Shown here: positions 1 through 9,849 of the stretch, piece by piece
Layout: each line of letters opens with the position of its first letter
Numbering within the stretch: position 1 is the stretch's first letter
Assembly: GCA_964035545.1 (NCBI GenBank)
Contig: CAXIUT010000107.1
Location: 1 to 12,133 of the forward strand
Direction: 5' to 3'
Origin: Bugula neritina
Lineage: Eukaryota > Animalia > Bryozoa
DNA: 12,133 nucleotides
The notes under the pieces: generated by a model
Database searches by the model: none
The model's input: the letters and a program-made list of their open reading frames with translations, nothing else
What the model was told of the DNA's origin: nothing
Made by a program: the position numbers and the translations under genes

Positions 1-90
1 CCCCAACCCCAACCCCAACCCCAACCCCAACCCCAACCCCAACCCCAACCCCAACCCCAACCCCAACCCCAACCCCAACCCCAACCCCAA
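1..90 (-). repeat. Left telomere, (CCCCAA)15; G-rich strand is the minus strand
   Basis: 15 perfect CCCCAA units at the window start; C4A2 is the oligohymenophorean (Tetrahymena-type) telomeric repeat. Confidence 0.98.
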
Positions 91-136
91 TAATTGTTTA
101 TATATTTATTGATAAAATGAATAGATAGAGAAAGGA

Positions 137-856
137 TCATATGGGTATAAAGATTCCAATAGCAAAGGCAATAAGGCATAGAAAGATGATGAGTTTGGGG
201 TAGATCCAATTTTAATCGGTTTTTTATTTTTATTTTTGTGAGATTAGTAGTTCTAGTCTGGATAGTTATTTTTTGTGCATTTATAGACTTTATTATACTT
301 TTTTTTATATTTCTGCTGGACATTTTCTTTATTAGTTTTCGATATCTGGTTCTTAGTTGTAGTTGACAAAGACATTGATGATTTTTTGGTTGGGAGGTTT
401 TTTTATTTTAGATATATTTTAATCATAAACTTTATCTGATTCTTTGTAGGGGTACCATATTATTTTGAATCTATCTGATACGAATTTAGCAAAAAAATTT
501 CTTTTCAACTGGTTTATCTACTAAATACCTATTATCTGGATACTTATTTATACGATTTTACCCGGAGGAATATCACCACTTGATGGATATACCTTATAAT
601 GTTGAGGATTGTTACATTGTATCGTAAATTTAACATAGTGATTTCTACTCTAGTTATGTAACTTTAATTATCGGTTTATTAGGTTGTAAGTCTCTCCCTA
701 GATATACTCAAATCTTATCTCATCTATTAATGAATTTTAACCCAAACTAAAATCTTTTTTATTAGTAAAGTAACTGTATTTGCTTGAGGTATCCATGCCG
801 AAAGATGATGGTTGGGAGAGAAGTCCTAATTTAGTTGGAGAATTTAGGTAGCTCAT
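137..856 (-). CDS. VAP-like (VAMP-associated) protein: MSP domain, coiled coil and C-terminal transmembrane anchor, 239 aa
   Basis: 720-nt frame from ATG 856 to TGA 137 with UAR=Glu. MSP-like segment LKLHNESRNHYVKFTIQCNNPQHYKVYPSSGDIPPGKIVEISIQ...SDRFKIIW, then a charged helix (EIEKKVEESLEMHKKELSRLELLISQKE) and a terminal hydrophobic tail KLIIFLCLIAFAIGIFIPI*. Confidence 0.8.
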
Positions 857-970
857 TATTGTTATTTAAATAGAATTATTTATGCTATCATCTGTTCATA
901 TTATGATCGAAGAGGCTATTGATGTATATAGCTAAATAGGATATTTTATTTTACTACAATTGTAATAGAT

Positions 971-2256
971 ATGATGATAAGTGATTAAATGGATAAAAAT
1001 AACGAACTAATTTTATTAATCAATATAATTAAAGAGGTGATCGTAATGAATAAGAGCAGGTTGAAATATTCCAATTTGGTTCAGGCAACAAGTACAATAA
1101 ACTCAACGATTGATACAATAGTAACCAAGGGAGGATAAAAGCTATATGATAAATATTTATCTACAAAGGTATCACAGCATATGAATAACTATTTTAGTTA
1201 AACAACTAATCAAATATTCAACCCTATTGCCAATCATAATCAATAACAACAAAGTCAATTGAACAAAGTGCATTTTTCTAATGTGAATAGAATAGATATA
1301 GCGAAGAAAGGCAAAAATAAAACTTATTCGAATATTAAAACAAGTGCTTTTTCAAATGGAAGAGGAAATAGTTCAATGTCTAAAAGAAGTAAATAGAAAT
1401 CAAAGAATATCAATAAAATATAATTATCTTTTTAAAATTTATAATCGAAAAAAGATAATTATGATTAAAATGCTTAATAAAATAAAATATGGGAAGATAA
1501 ACAATTAAGAGATGATAAAAGAAGATTGCAATAAGAATAAACTAAAAATCAATAATAAAAAGTAATTTTTATCATATTTAGGCTTTGAAAATAAGAAAAT
1601 AGTTGGAAGATCAATTTAAAACTTTATAATAAAATAATTAACCTATTCCTTTTGATCACTTAACTGGTAAACTTATCGATTAAGAATATTTGAAGTCGAA
1701 TAAAGTAAGAAATAGCAGTGATAAAAAGAATATCGTATTTATCAAGTATGAGACAAACAAAGCTAAATAGAATCATTATTCTAAACCACCAATTGAAAAA
1801 GACATCAAATAAGTAAGAAAAGTCTTAAGTTTTCAACGTGTTAAAAAATAGACAAGAGATATTGATGATTAGAGTTACAATAATAATGGAAGTCGTCAAA
1901 ATTCAACTATTCCTTACCTTGAAGTCTAAGATGGAGTTCAGCTGATCGAAGACGGAGGTGCTAGAACTAAATAAACCAGAAAAACAATTTCTGGAAGAGC
2001 GAGTTCAGCACTGACTCATCGAACATTTAAATCATATACGAAGTAGAAGATGGAATCGAGTCGTTATTTTAGGACGATAAATACTGCTACATCTGGAGGG
2101 AGGACTCGATATTTGTTGGCTCAGTAGTCTAAGAATAGTAGGTCTTTGACGAGAGATAGTTTGTTGTGGAATAATCGTAGAAGTTGTCGTAATCACAAGA
2201 TAAGTAAGAATAGTGAGATAATAGATAATTTTTTTGATTTTGACTAGTAGTTATGA
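971..2256 (+). CDS. Hypothetical protein, about 421 aa, join(971..1561,1582..2256); start could be 971, 974 or 989
   Basis: Two long TGA-free frames joined by a 20-nt GTA..TAG intron; ends ...IIDNFFDFDEEL* at TGA 2254-2256. Rich in K/N/S/E, with no family recognised. Confidence 0.72.
1562..1581 (+). other. 20-nt spliceosomal intron
   Basis: gtaatttttatcatatttag; removing it avoids the TGA just downstream and joins the two long frames. Confidence 0.85.
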
Positions 2257-2273
2257 ATTATATTCAATATATA

Positions 2274-3100
2274 TCAACAGTAAATGATTTATTTTTTTAA
2301 TAGTTTTTTTAGCATTAGTACTTATACTATATTAGCTATTAAAACTATTAGAAGTTATGTGTATGACCTGATAAATACATTTTATTGATTTAAGTAGTGT
2401 TATGCATGATGATTTTGTACTTATTACCAAATTTATAAACTATCCATGAATATTCTATCGGTTTAGTTTTTTATTTATCGCATCTTCTATAATGTTTTTA
2501 TGCCATCTTATACTTGATTTATATTCTTTTGACCACTGATAGGGGAAATACCCATACTAATATGAACATGTTTTGATGATTATTGTTATTTTTATTGATT
2601 TTTCCAGTTATACCTCACTCTTAGTTCATATAGCTATGAAAAGACCTAAGTTCTGGCTAATTTGAGGTGTTTGACTTTATATGCGAAGACAACTTAGTTA
2701 GTCTAGCAGTTGATAAGATAGATTTAGATACTTTGATTATCAAATTGATGGTTTTACTGTTAGTGTGTGATGGTTAATTAGATGATGAGATTTGAGACCT
2801 ATTTACCAACAAAGTAGAGAGATTGGCTCCATGAATTGTCTTTTTTCAATAAAATTTGTGCACTTAGCTAAGGATCAGGTGTAAAATCAAAGTAATTTTG
2901 TTTTGAATGCAGTTTTGAGTATTAGTTAAGTTATTATTCATATGTTTTTTACTAGATTTATGGAAGAACTATTGATGAAAATTTTTAATAGCTTTAGTCA
3001 AACCTTTTTTATAGATCTTTATTAAATAATAACTACCATAAAGTGCTGGATTACTATGAGTAATTGATAAGATTGCGAGTGTGTAAATTATTAGTTTCAT
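2274..3100 (-). CDS. p24/emp24 (TMED, GOLD-domain)-like type I membrane protein, 268 aa, complement(join(2274..3016,3037..3100))
   Basis: N-terminal signal peptide MKLIIYTLAILSITHS, a beta-rich lumenal region, a coiled coil (GIKTLEKMREIKNETDRIF), then a TM segment and short basic tail SYTELLIVLIANIVEVLMLKKLLKKEIIYC*. The call rests on architecture and tail pattern. Confidence 0.68.
3017..3036 (-). other. 20-nt spliceosomal intron
   Basis: gtagttattatttaataaag; joins the signal-peptide exon to the long downstream frame. Confidence 0.82.
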
Positions 3101-3170
3101 ACGTTTAGTTATAATGATGCTTAATTAATTTTAATTATTTAGGATGTAAGTCTTTATTTGGGTGTTTAAA

Positions 3171-3226
3171 CAGTGATAAATCGTGATAAATAGTGATAAA
3201 TAGTGATAAATAGTGATAAATGTGAT
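3171..3226. repeat. 10-bp tandem repeat (tagtgataaa), 5 copies plus a partial, in the divergent intergenic region
   Basis: cagtgataaa tcgtgataaa tagtgataaa tagtgataaa tagtgataaa tgtgat. Confidence 0.95.
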
Positions 3227-3245
3227 TTAAGTTATTAAAGAAAGT

Positions 3246-5710
3246 ATGAGATTAATAATAGTGAATGATGATGAGTTAATAATAACAGTAGTTTCGTTTA
3301 TAATTTTATTCTGGATGGATAGTTATGTAGAATAGTTAAAATTAAGGAGCATATCGGTTGATGTTGACAATGTTCGTCCTAGTTATAAAAGAAAATATGC
3401 TAAAAATACTGATTCATAAGTCATCCCCAAAAAACCATAACTTAAAATCATTAGACTTGATTAACAGATAATCAACGGTCCTGGCAATGCTAGTATAGTT
3501 AATTTGTAGTTTGGAGAAGATAGCATTCCTCTTTTCAAGAGAGGAAATCGTAAGGTCTATAAAAGACACCAAAAGGACGATAAAAGAAACACGATAGTCC
3601 CTAAAGAACTAATTAAAACTCGATACCACTAGTTATTTAAAGATAGTTTTGAATATTTTTGCAAAAACACTATGAATATTGGTCCATGCGCTAAGGCGAT
3701 GGTAGTCTAGGACGAAATAACTGACATATACGCTCGAAGAAAGATGATAAACATTTAAAAGTTAACTTATCCTTACCGATAGAAGAAGGAGAGCGGATCT
3801 AAGATGAAATACAGAACTTTGATGAACAAGACAACAAGAAATATAAATAAGATGTAGCAGTAGCATCCCAACAAGCGAAATAAATCTCAGTTATAGGAAT
3901 AGACTAACAGTTCTAATAAGAATTCAAAGAAGGGAGAGTGGGAGTTAGATTTTATACTGGATGGTGAGGCCAGGACGGATAAGAAGGGGTTGATTCCAAT
4001 TCGCAAGCCGAGCAATCGTAAGGATTATTTTGTGTTTGGGTTGGGAGATAGGAGTAATTTATCTGAAAGTATTTATGTGGTTAGATAGATAAGATTGAGT
4101 TGTATCGAGATTTGATGTGGAAAGTTAACTATAGCAATGGTTTGTATGTGTATACTCATAACAATTTGAGTTCTCCTTATAAATTTTATGTAGGATAGGG
4201 TAATAATAGCAATTTGGTTAAAGCTATTATGAGAAGACGGTTTTGGTGGGCGCAGGCTAGTTTAAAAAACTAGGAGGGAATTAATTTTTCATGGACTCAG
4301 TTGAAAGTTAATTCGTTTTATGGTGGGCAATAATCAGGATCTGTTCCTGAGTATTTTGTGATATAAAAGAATAGTTCTGATAATGGTTTGACTAAAATAA
4401 AGACGAGTTGTTAGGAGATAGATTGTAATAAGAAGTTATTTGGTCGAATTGATTATAAAATATGGCGTAAGCATTTATAAAAGAATTAAAGATCATAAAA
4501 AAAGATCAATTAAAATACATACCAGCGAAGAGTGAAGATGTACTAGAAAAAGAAAATAATAAAGATAGAGGATTCTAGACCGATTCGAGTCCACAACCAT
4601 CTTTAATCTAACTTTTATATTGGAAATAAAAAAGCTTTATATTACAATATGAAAAGATATATTGAGTTGAAAGGAGAAGATCCTTTCAAAATCTTACCTT
4701 TGACTTTTCATATTACTAAAGGAATATAAGATAGTGAATATTTCAAATTTTTGAGGTGTTACTAAGAGATCGAATAGTAGAGGAAGAATAATCGAAACAT
4801 AAGAAACATTTGGATAGTTAAACCTGGATAGAATACTAACCAAGGAAACGGTATAAGTGTTTGTTATGGCTTGGATGATATCAAGTTGCGATTACGAGGC
4901 CGATAGAAGAACAGAAATGGCAAATTACGTACCTTTATTCTCCAAAAATACATCTAGAATCCATTGCTTTATAATAAAAGAAAATTCGATTTACGACATT
5001 TCGTATTAATAACTTGTATAAATGGTATATTCAAGGCCTACTGGTACGAGTAGGGTTACGTGAGAACATCATCATCGTAGTTTAATTTAAAGCCATCGAA
5101 AGATACTCAAATTCATTTGACTAACGATGCGATACAGAAAGGTGCAAGTGATTATGGTAAATTTTAAAAAGGTAATAAATTGTCTTATGGGTAGTTGCAG
5201 AAATATCTCTAAAGTTATCAGAAGAAATGTAATTTTTATGAGTAGTTATTGCCTCAAATGAAATAGTATGCTTTATAGGCAATAAAATCGACTTATTTTA
5301 TTTTGGATGGAAATCGACGAAAACATAACTTTTAGTTACTGGGATTAGATTTTATGATAGATTAGTAGTTGTAGCCTTGGCTAATATAAATCAATACGAA
5401 TCCCTGCTTATAAATGAATTGTCCTCTTCTTAATAGACTGATTCCTTCTTTAATATAAAATACATTCAAAATATGTGTTGATCCTCTGTTTCCCCCTCCT
5501 TAAACATGGCCCACCAACAGAAAAATCTTCTTTGGAGATGACGCTGTTGCCTAAAATAGATTTTAAGTGATATTTGATTAAAGCAGTGATGGAAGGGAGG
5601 TAGAACTTGTGTTCAAAGGTCAACAGAATGTCGATAGCAGTATGGGTCGTATATAGGAAGATGAGGAGGTGTTTGATAATGATGGGGAAGTTGATTGGTA
5701 AAAATAATGA
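3246..5710 (+). CDS. Tubulin-tyrosine-ligase-like (TTLL) glycylase/glutamylase family protein, about 790-815 aa, join(3246 or 3315..4068,4089..5710)
   Basis: TTL-domain motifs with UAR=Glu: FYVGEGNNSNLVK..MRRRFWW, HNHLESNFYIGNKKALYYNMK, LPLTFHI, WIVKPGENTNQGNGI, LQKYIENPLLYNKRKFDLR, YEEGYVRTSS, IHLTNDAIQK, DYGKFEKGNKLS, FELLGLDFMID, PWLIEINTNPCLE. Ends at TGA 5708-5710. The start codon is uncertain. Confidence 0.93.
4069..4088 (+). other. 20-nt spliceosomal intron
   Basis: gtatttatgtggttagatag; links the upstream frame (which would otherwise stop at TGA 4113) to the TTL-domain frame. Confidence 0.78.
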
Positions 5711-5741
5711 TTATTTATATACTTATTTATGAGTATGGATA

Positions 5742-6965
5742 TCAGGGTAGGCTGAGAAGCATGTTAATTTTGTCAAGTTATTGTTGCTAGATCTATCTGA
5801 GGTTTCTTTTGGCGTCCATGCAGACTTCGTATTTCTTTATTTTACCGAAAAGGCATTGTTCTTTTCTGACTAAATCTGCAATCTTTCTTTATAGCTTATC
5901 TATGTGGCTTTAGTTTTGGATGATTTGTTCTTTGAGTAGACTTTTTTCTTCCTTGAATTGATGTTTTAGAAGTTGCATGGCTTCATTGCTTTGTTTATCA
6001 TGTTCTTCCATGAGAAGGTTCATTTATTTGATTGAATATTCTTTGACTTAGCATTCTTCTCTAAGTTTTTGCCACTTTCTTTATAAAGAATCTAAATAAG
6101 ATAATATTTACAATTGACTTATTTCATATGCTAGATTTAATTTTTTAGTATTCTAACTTGACATTTCTTTTATTTTTGCAAATGATCTATTTTTTATTAA
6201 CTTTAAAGAACCATTTCGTTGAGATAGACTTCGAGTTAGTTTATTTTTTATTTTAAACAGTCATTTTATCTTTTTAGTAATCTATTTTATTAATCTTTTT
6301 GCATGATGCCAGATTTTAGGATTTAATTTTATTCTAGTTGAGTTTATTTTGATTTTTTAGTTTATAATTTAAAGTGTTAAAAATTATGTACCAATTTATT
6401 ATATTAGATTTCAAATTATTCTTATCTTTATTGATATTTTTTTGTCAAAAGTTTTAATTTATTCATAAGTTGGTCATTTAAATTTTACATTTCTTCATAT
6501 TTTTGATGAGTAACAACTTCTTTTGATTTATACTGGCCATGTAAAAATGAATAAGATTCTTCAAGTTCTTGAATAGCTTTTTGAAGGTTCAAGTTTTATG
6601 ATTTATATTCATAATTTTGTTGTTTGAATGTTGTGGTCTATTGACAGGCATGAGTCAAGTTTTTACACTTATTTTCTAAATTATTGATTGTTTCTGAATA
6701 GATTAAGATATACTTTCTTTTTCTTTGATTTGCCAGTCTTTGCTTTTGAGATCTTTAAGCAAAACATCATATTTTCCATAAAGGTTTTCAATCTATATTT
6801 AATCTATATTACTTTTTATCTTTGAATTTTTAATCTACTCACATATTAACGTTCCATCTAGACTTCATAAATAATGGAATCGTCTTGTCCTTATCCAAAG
6901 GTAGCTCCTGTTTTTTCTTGCATCAGTTGTGACACTTTGATTTCATTCTCTGGTCTATCGAACAT
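5742..6965 (-). CDS. Coiled-coil hypothetical protein, 387 aa, three introns
   Basis: ATG 6965 (MFDRPENEIKVSQLMQEK...) to TGA 5742 after removing three 20-nt introns; E/K/L/Q-rich heptad-like sequence throughout. Confidence 0.8.
6092..6111 (-). other. 20-nt spliceosomal intron
   Basis: gtaaatattatcttatttag; restores the frame. Confidence 0.82.
6694..6713 (-). other. 20-nt spliceosomal intron
   Basis: gtatatcttaatctattcag; restores the frame. Confidence 0.85.
6793..6812 (-). other. 20-nt spliceosomal intron
   Basis: gtaatatagattaaatatag; restores the frame. Confidence 0.82.
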
Positions 6966-7054
6966 TGATGATTTTCTAAAAGAAAAGTATTATAAAATAT
7001 TCTAAAAAGGAATTTGATATAATATTTTTTATATTGAATTTATTTAATGGTTCA

Positions 7055-8916
7055 TCAGATGCCTACTCTGGTCTGGTAGGTGTTTTCTGTTACGAAATAG
7101 CAAAAGACTTTCTTTCCATCAAAATATTTTCCATTTAATCCGTCTTGTCCTTTCTTGGCTTATTAAGTTCCTGAGTATTTTATCCAAATATTTCCTTGGT
7201 TGTTCTTTTCCATGAAAATTCGTTAGATGACTCCGTACTCTTCTGCTTGCTTCTGAACCTATCTTTTAAGATCCTCGAAGAAAGCAGGAGTTGTGCCTTC
7301 CATCTTGAACATATTGGTCATAATTAGATAAGGAGTAGTCACTGTGGAAATAGGAGGTTTCATCAAGTTGGAATAACTTGGACCTGTACTACCTGATAAC
7401 TTTTATCTAAGAAGAGCTCTCGTACCAGCATTATGTATGAGATCTTCTGAAGGAGTAACATCTACTCCTTGTTTTGCAGTTACTATTTGAACTGTAATCT
7501 TTTGGTTTCCAACAACATTTAAACCGTTCATTTAACGAACTGCCAATTTAGCCTTCTCTGGGTCAGCATATTGAATGAAGGCATAACCTTTACACTTTCC
7601 TGTTTGAGGATCACGATGAATATCAACATATTAAATTTATCCAAAAGGTTAAAAGAGTTCCTTAAGATCTTTTTATGGCATTTCTTAAAGTTTTCCAACT
7701 AGTCCACTTACAAAAACTTTAGTTTGACGACGAAGTTGTTCTTGCTGTTGTTCAATTGGGTCAGCAGGTTTGATCACTCTCATTTGTCTATGATTATATA
7801 ATATGTACTTAGCGGCTGCTGCAGCTCTGTTCTTTTCAGCTTGAGAATGTTGTACTCTGAGACCCATGAACTGTCTACCTTTGAGATCGAAGGGAATTTC
7901 ACTCATTGTTAGGGCTGCTTGAACTGCATCAGAAGTATAGAACTAGACGTAGGCAACTCCTTTGCTTCTACCACTTCTGGCATCTCGGATGATTCGGATA
8001 TCTCTAATTTTTCCAACTTTAGTTTTGTTGAAGAAATTCCAAATATCTTTTTCTTTGGCTTTGAGAGGAAGACAGTAGACAAGAATGGTGAGATCTTATC
8101 TTTTTGCTTCTTCCATTTCTTTTTCTGAATTTAATAAAAATTACGTGCTTATTTGAATTTTTAAGTAGCTTATTTGATTTATCTTTATTTGTTATCAAGA
8201 ATGATTTTTTTTTAAAGTTCAGCATCAAGTTAATCAGCTCTAGTTGTATTTTCTCTTCTTACCCTTTATATTTCTCTTCTTTTCTAATAATAGGGATCTT
8301 TATCATCAATAACTTTATCTTTTCGATGTTTATAGTCTCGATCTCTATTTCCATCTCTTTGATTATTATCTCTGTAATGATCTCTATGACCATCTCTGTT
8401 ATTATCTCTGTTATTATCTCTGAAATCTCTATGTCCCCCTCTATCTCTATCATCTCTTCTATCGTCTCTTCGATCTCTGTCTCTGTCTCTCACTCTATCT
8501 CCATTGTCTCGATCTCGTCGATTGTCTCGTTAATATTTACGATCATAGTCTCTGTCATTGTCGTGATGGTGATGACGAGAATGTCCATTTTATCTTTAAT
8601 GATACTTTCTTTATCTTTCAGGGCTTTATCGAGATTTATGATGTTTTTTATGTTTTCTTTATTCTTTGGATCTGGAACGTTTTTTTTTATCTCGACTTCC
8701 GCTGCGTGAAGGCCTACCTAGTACCGATTATAAAAAATACATAGAAATTTTGTCAACCTAAAACAAAATATTGTGTGAGTAGGTACCTTTAATCTCTATG
8801 TTTTTTCTTTTTTTTGTGTGTGCTTTATCGATTTGCTTAATCTCTTCTGTGGGCGAGAAGATCGTCCTGAGTTACTTTTATCTTACCCTTGCTTTATCGA
8901 GGCGGGAATGGTCCAT
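7055..8916 (-). CDS. RBM39: RBM39/CAPER-like splicing factor (RS/RD region, 2 RRMs, C-terminal UHM), about 582 aa, complement(join(7055..8124,8145..8713,8787..8866,8887..8916))
   Basis: RS/RD-rich N-terminus; RRM1 with SGRSKGVAYVEFY followed by the RBM39/RBM23 signature VQHSQAEKNRAAAA; RRM2 LFEPFGEIEYVDIHRDPQTGKCKGYAFIQY; UHM-like YLIMTNMF...FFEDLKREV...LNGKYFDGKKV. Ends with tandem TGA TGA. Confidence 0.92.
8125..8144 (-). other. 20-nt spliceosomal intron
   Basis: gtaatttttattaaattcag; joins the RD-rich frame to the RRM1 frame. Confidence 0.9.
8330..8530 (-). repeat. Low-complexity Arg-Asp (AGAGAT/AGAGAC-like) coding repeats within the RBM39-like gene
   Basis: Recurrent atctct/gtctct on the + strand, translating as RDRDRDRRDDRRDDRDR...RDNNRDNNRD; boundaries are approximate. 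Confidence 0.85.
8714..8786 (-). other. Atypical 73-nt intron of the RBM39-like gene
   Basis: gtacctac...ggtactaggtag. This AT-rich block interrupts KKHRDER|PSRSGSRD, contains an in-frame TGA (8755-8753), and has a GTA donor and an acceptor with the -6 A seen in all other introns. Confidence 0.7.
8867..8886 (-). other. 20-nt spliceosomal intron
   Basis: gtaagataaaagtaactcag after MDHSRLDKAR; puts the ATG in frame with THKKKKKHRDER. Confidence 0.8.
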
Positions 8917-9234
8917 AATTGTTGCAATCTATTATAAAAATAATAAAAATTGATCTCAATCCAAAATATTAATTTTCTGGTTAATATTGGTATCGGGGTT
9001 AGTAGTTTATCTTCTAAAGAATCTTGGATAATCGATTGAAAAACTTTTTTTATGAATCAAATCTAAAAACATAAAGATTTGGAGTTTATTTTTACAGAAA
9101 AAGGAATAATCAGATTTTTTTTCCTTAATATATCTGTTATTTTTTAAATTATAAGCTTTTGATAAAGAGGATGACATAGTTTATTGACAATTTAGTCTTT
9201 TACTAAGAGAGTTTTTTTGTATATTGTTAATTAA

Positions 9235-9699
9235 ATGAGTGAGAGTACTTAGAATAAGAGCATCATTTAAAGAGACCTAAAAAAGAGAAAGATATGTCGA
9301 ATATCGGGGTTGGGGTTGGGGTTTGGGTTGGGGTTTGGGGTTGGGGTTGGGGTTGGGGTTGGGGTTGGGGTTGGGAGTGTGATTATGCCTTCCATCTATA
9401 CCGAATAGTTTGAGAGTTGTGATAGTCCGATTTATTGTGGAACGATTACGAGTAAAACTAATCCTACTCTCTCCCTTATGGAGCCCACTCCCCAAGATTC
9501 CTTTGATTTCTCTGAAGATCTCCAGGAAATGACTCTGTAACATAATTTTTTTGATTTGCAAGAGGATGATGGGTAGAGGCAGTTTGACTAAAAGGAAGAT
9601 TAAGGCCATACTTAATGGTCTAATTTACCTTTGAACGAAGATTTTGTGGCTGCCTAGATGGATGGATTGACCCTAAACAATCTCTCTAAATAGTACTGA
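9235..9699 (+). CDS. Hypothetical acidic protein (154 aa as assembled) interrupted in frame by a telomeric tract
   Basis: ATG 9235 after AT-rich sequence: MSESTENKSIIERDLKKRKICRIS-[GLGLGFGLGFGVGVGV...G]-SVIMPSIYTEEFESCDSPIYC...NNLSKEY* (TGA 9697-9699). The 9376-9699 part looks coding; continuity across the tract is uncertain. Confidence 0.5.
9306..9375 (+). repeat. Internal telomeric tract 1 (70 bp, TTGGGG with TTTGGG and TTTGGGG variants)
   Basis: ggggttggggttggggtttgggttggggtttggggttgggg...ttggg, in the same orientation as the right telomere. Confidence 0.97.
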
Positions 9700-9747
9700 T
9701 TACAAATATTTCATATTTTTTTACTACACATCAAAAATAGAATTGTT

Positions 9748-9800
9748 TTGGGGTTGGGGTTGGGGTTGGGGTTGGGGTTGGGGTTGGGGTTGGGGTTGGG
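9748..9800 (+). repeat. Internal telomeric tract 2 (53 bp, perfect TTGGGG)
   Basis: (ttgggg)8 ttggg, in the same orientation as the right telomere. Confidence 0.97.
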
Positions 9801-9849
9801 AACTTTTGATTAATTTAGAAAGAAGTTATATTATATCGTTAGGTTTACA

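Noticed and set aside
882-974. Upstream ATG at 882 as the start of the second gene
   Set aside because: It is in a different frame, closes at a TGA near 972, and no intron matching the consensus joins it to the main frame.
3171-3226. CRISPR-like or mobile-element interpretation of the repeats
   Set aside because: There are no spacers, the unit is only 10 bp, the context is eukaryotic, and no cas, transposase or terminal inverted repeats were seen anywhere in the window.
8104-8709. 201-aa hydrophobic ORF on the + strand in the supplied track
   Set aside because: It is the antisense shadow of the RD/RS-rich region of the RBM39-like gene; the Ile/Ser repeats are the reverse complement of Arg-Asp codons.
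8991-9000. tatcggggtt, identical to the 10 bp at the start of internal tract 1 (9302-9311)
   Set aside because: A single 10-bp match, six bases of which are one telomere unit. It could be a telomerase seed but cannot be supported from one instance.
9052-9242. Possible small gene using a 20-nt GT..AG segment at 9136-9155
   Set aside because: The segment starts GTT and lacks the -6 A shared by all 12 supported introns, and the product is short and unrecognisable.
9277-9609. 110-aa minus-strand ORF with PNPNPNPKPQ repeats
   Set aside because: The Pro-Asn repeat is translated CCCCAA telomeric sequence, and the + strand frame is the better coding candidate.
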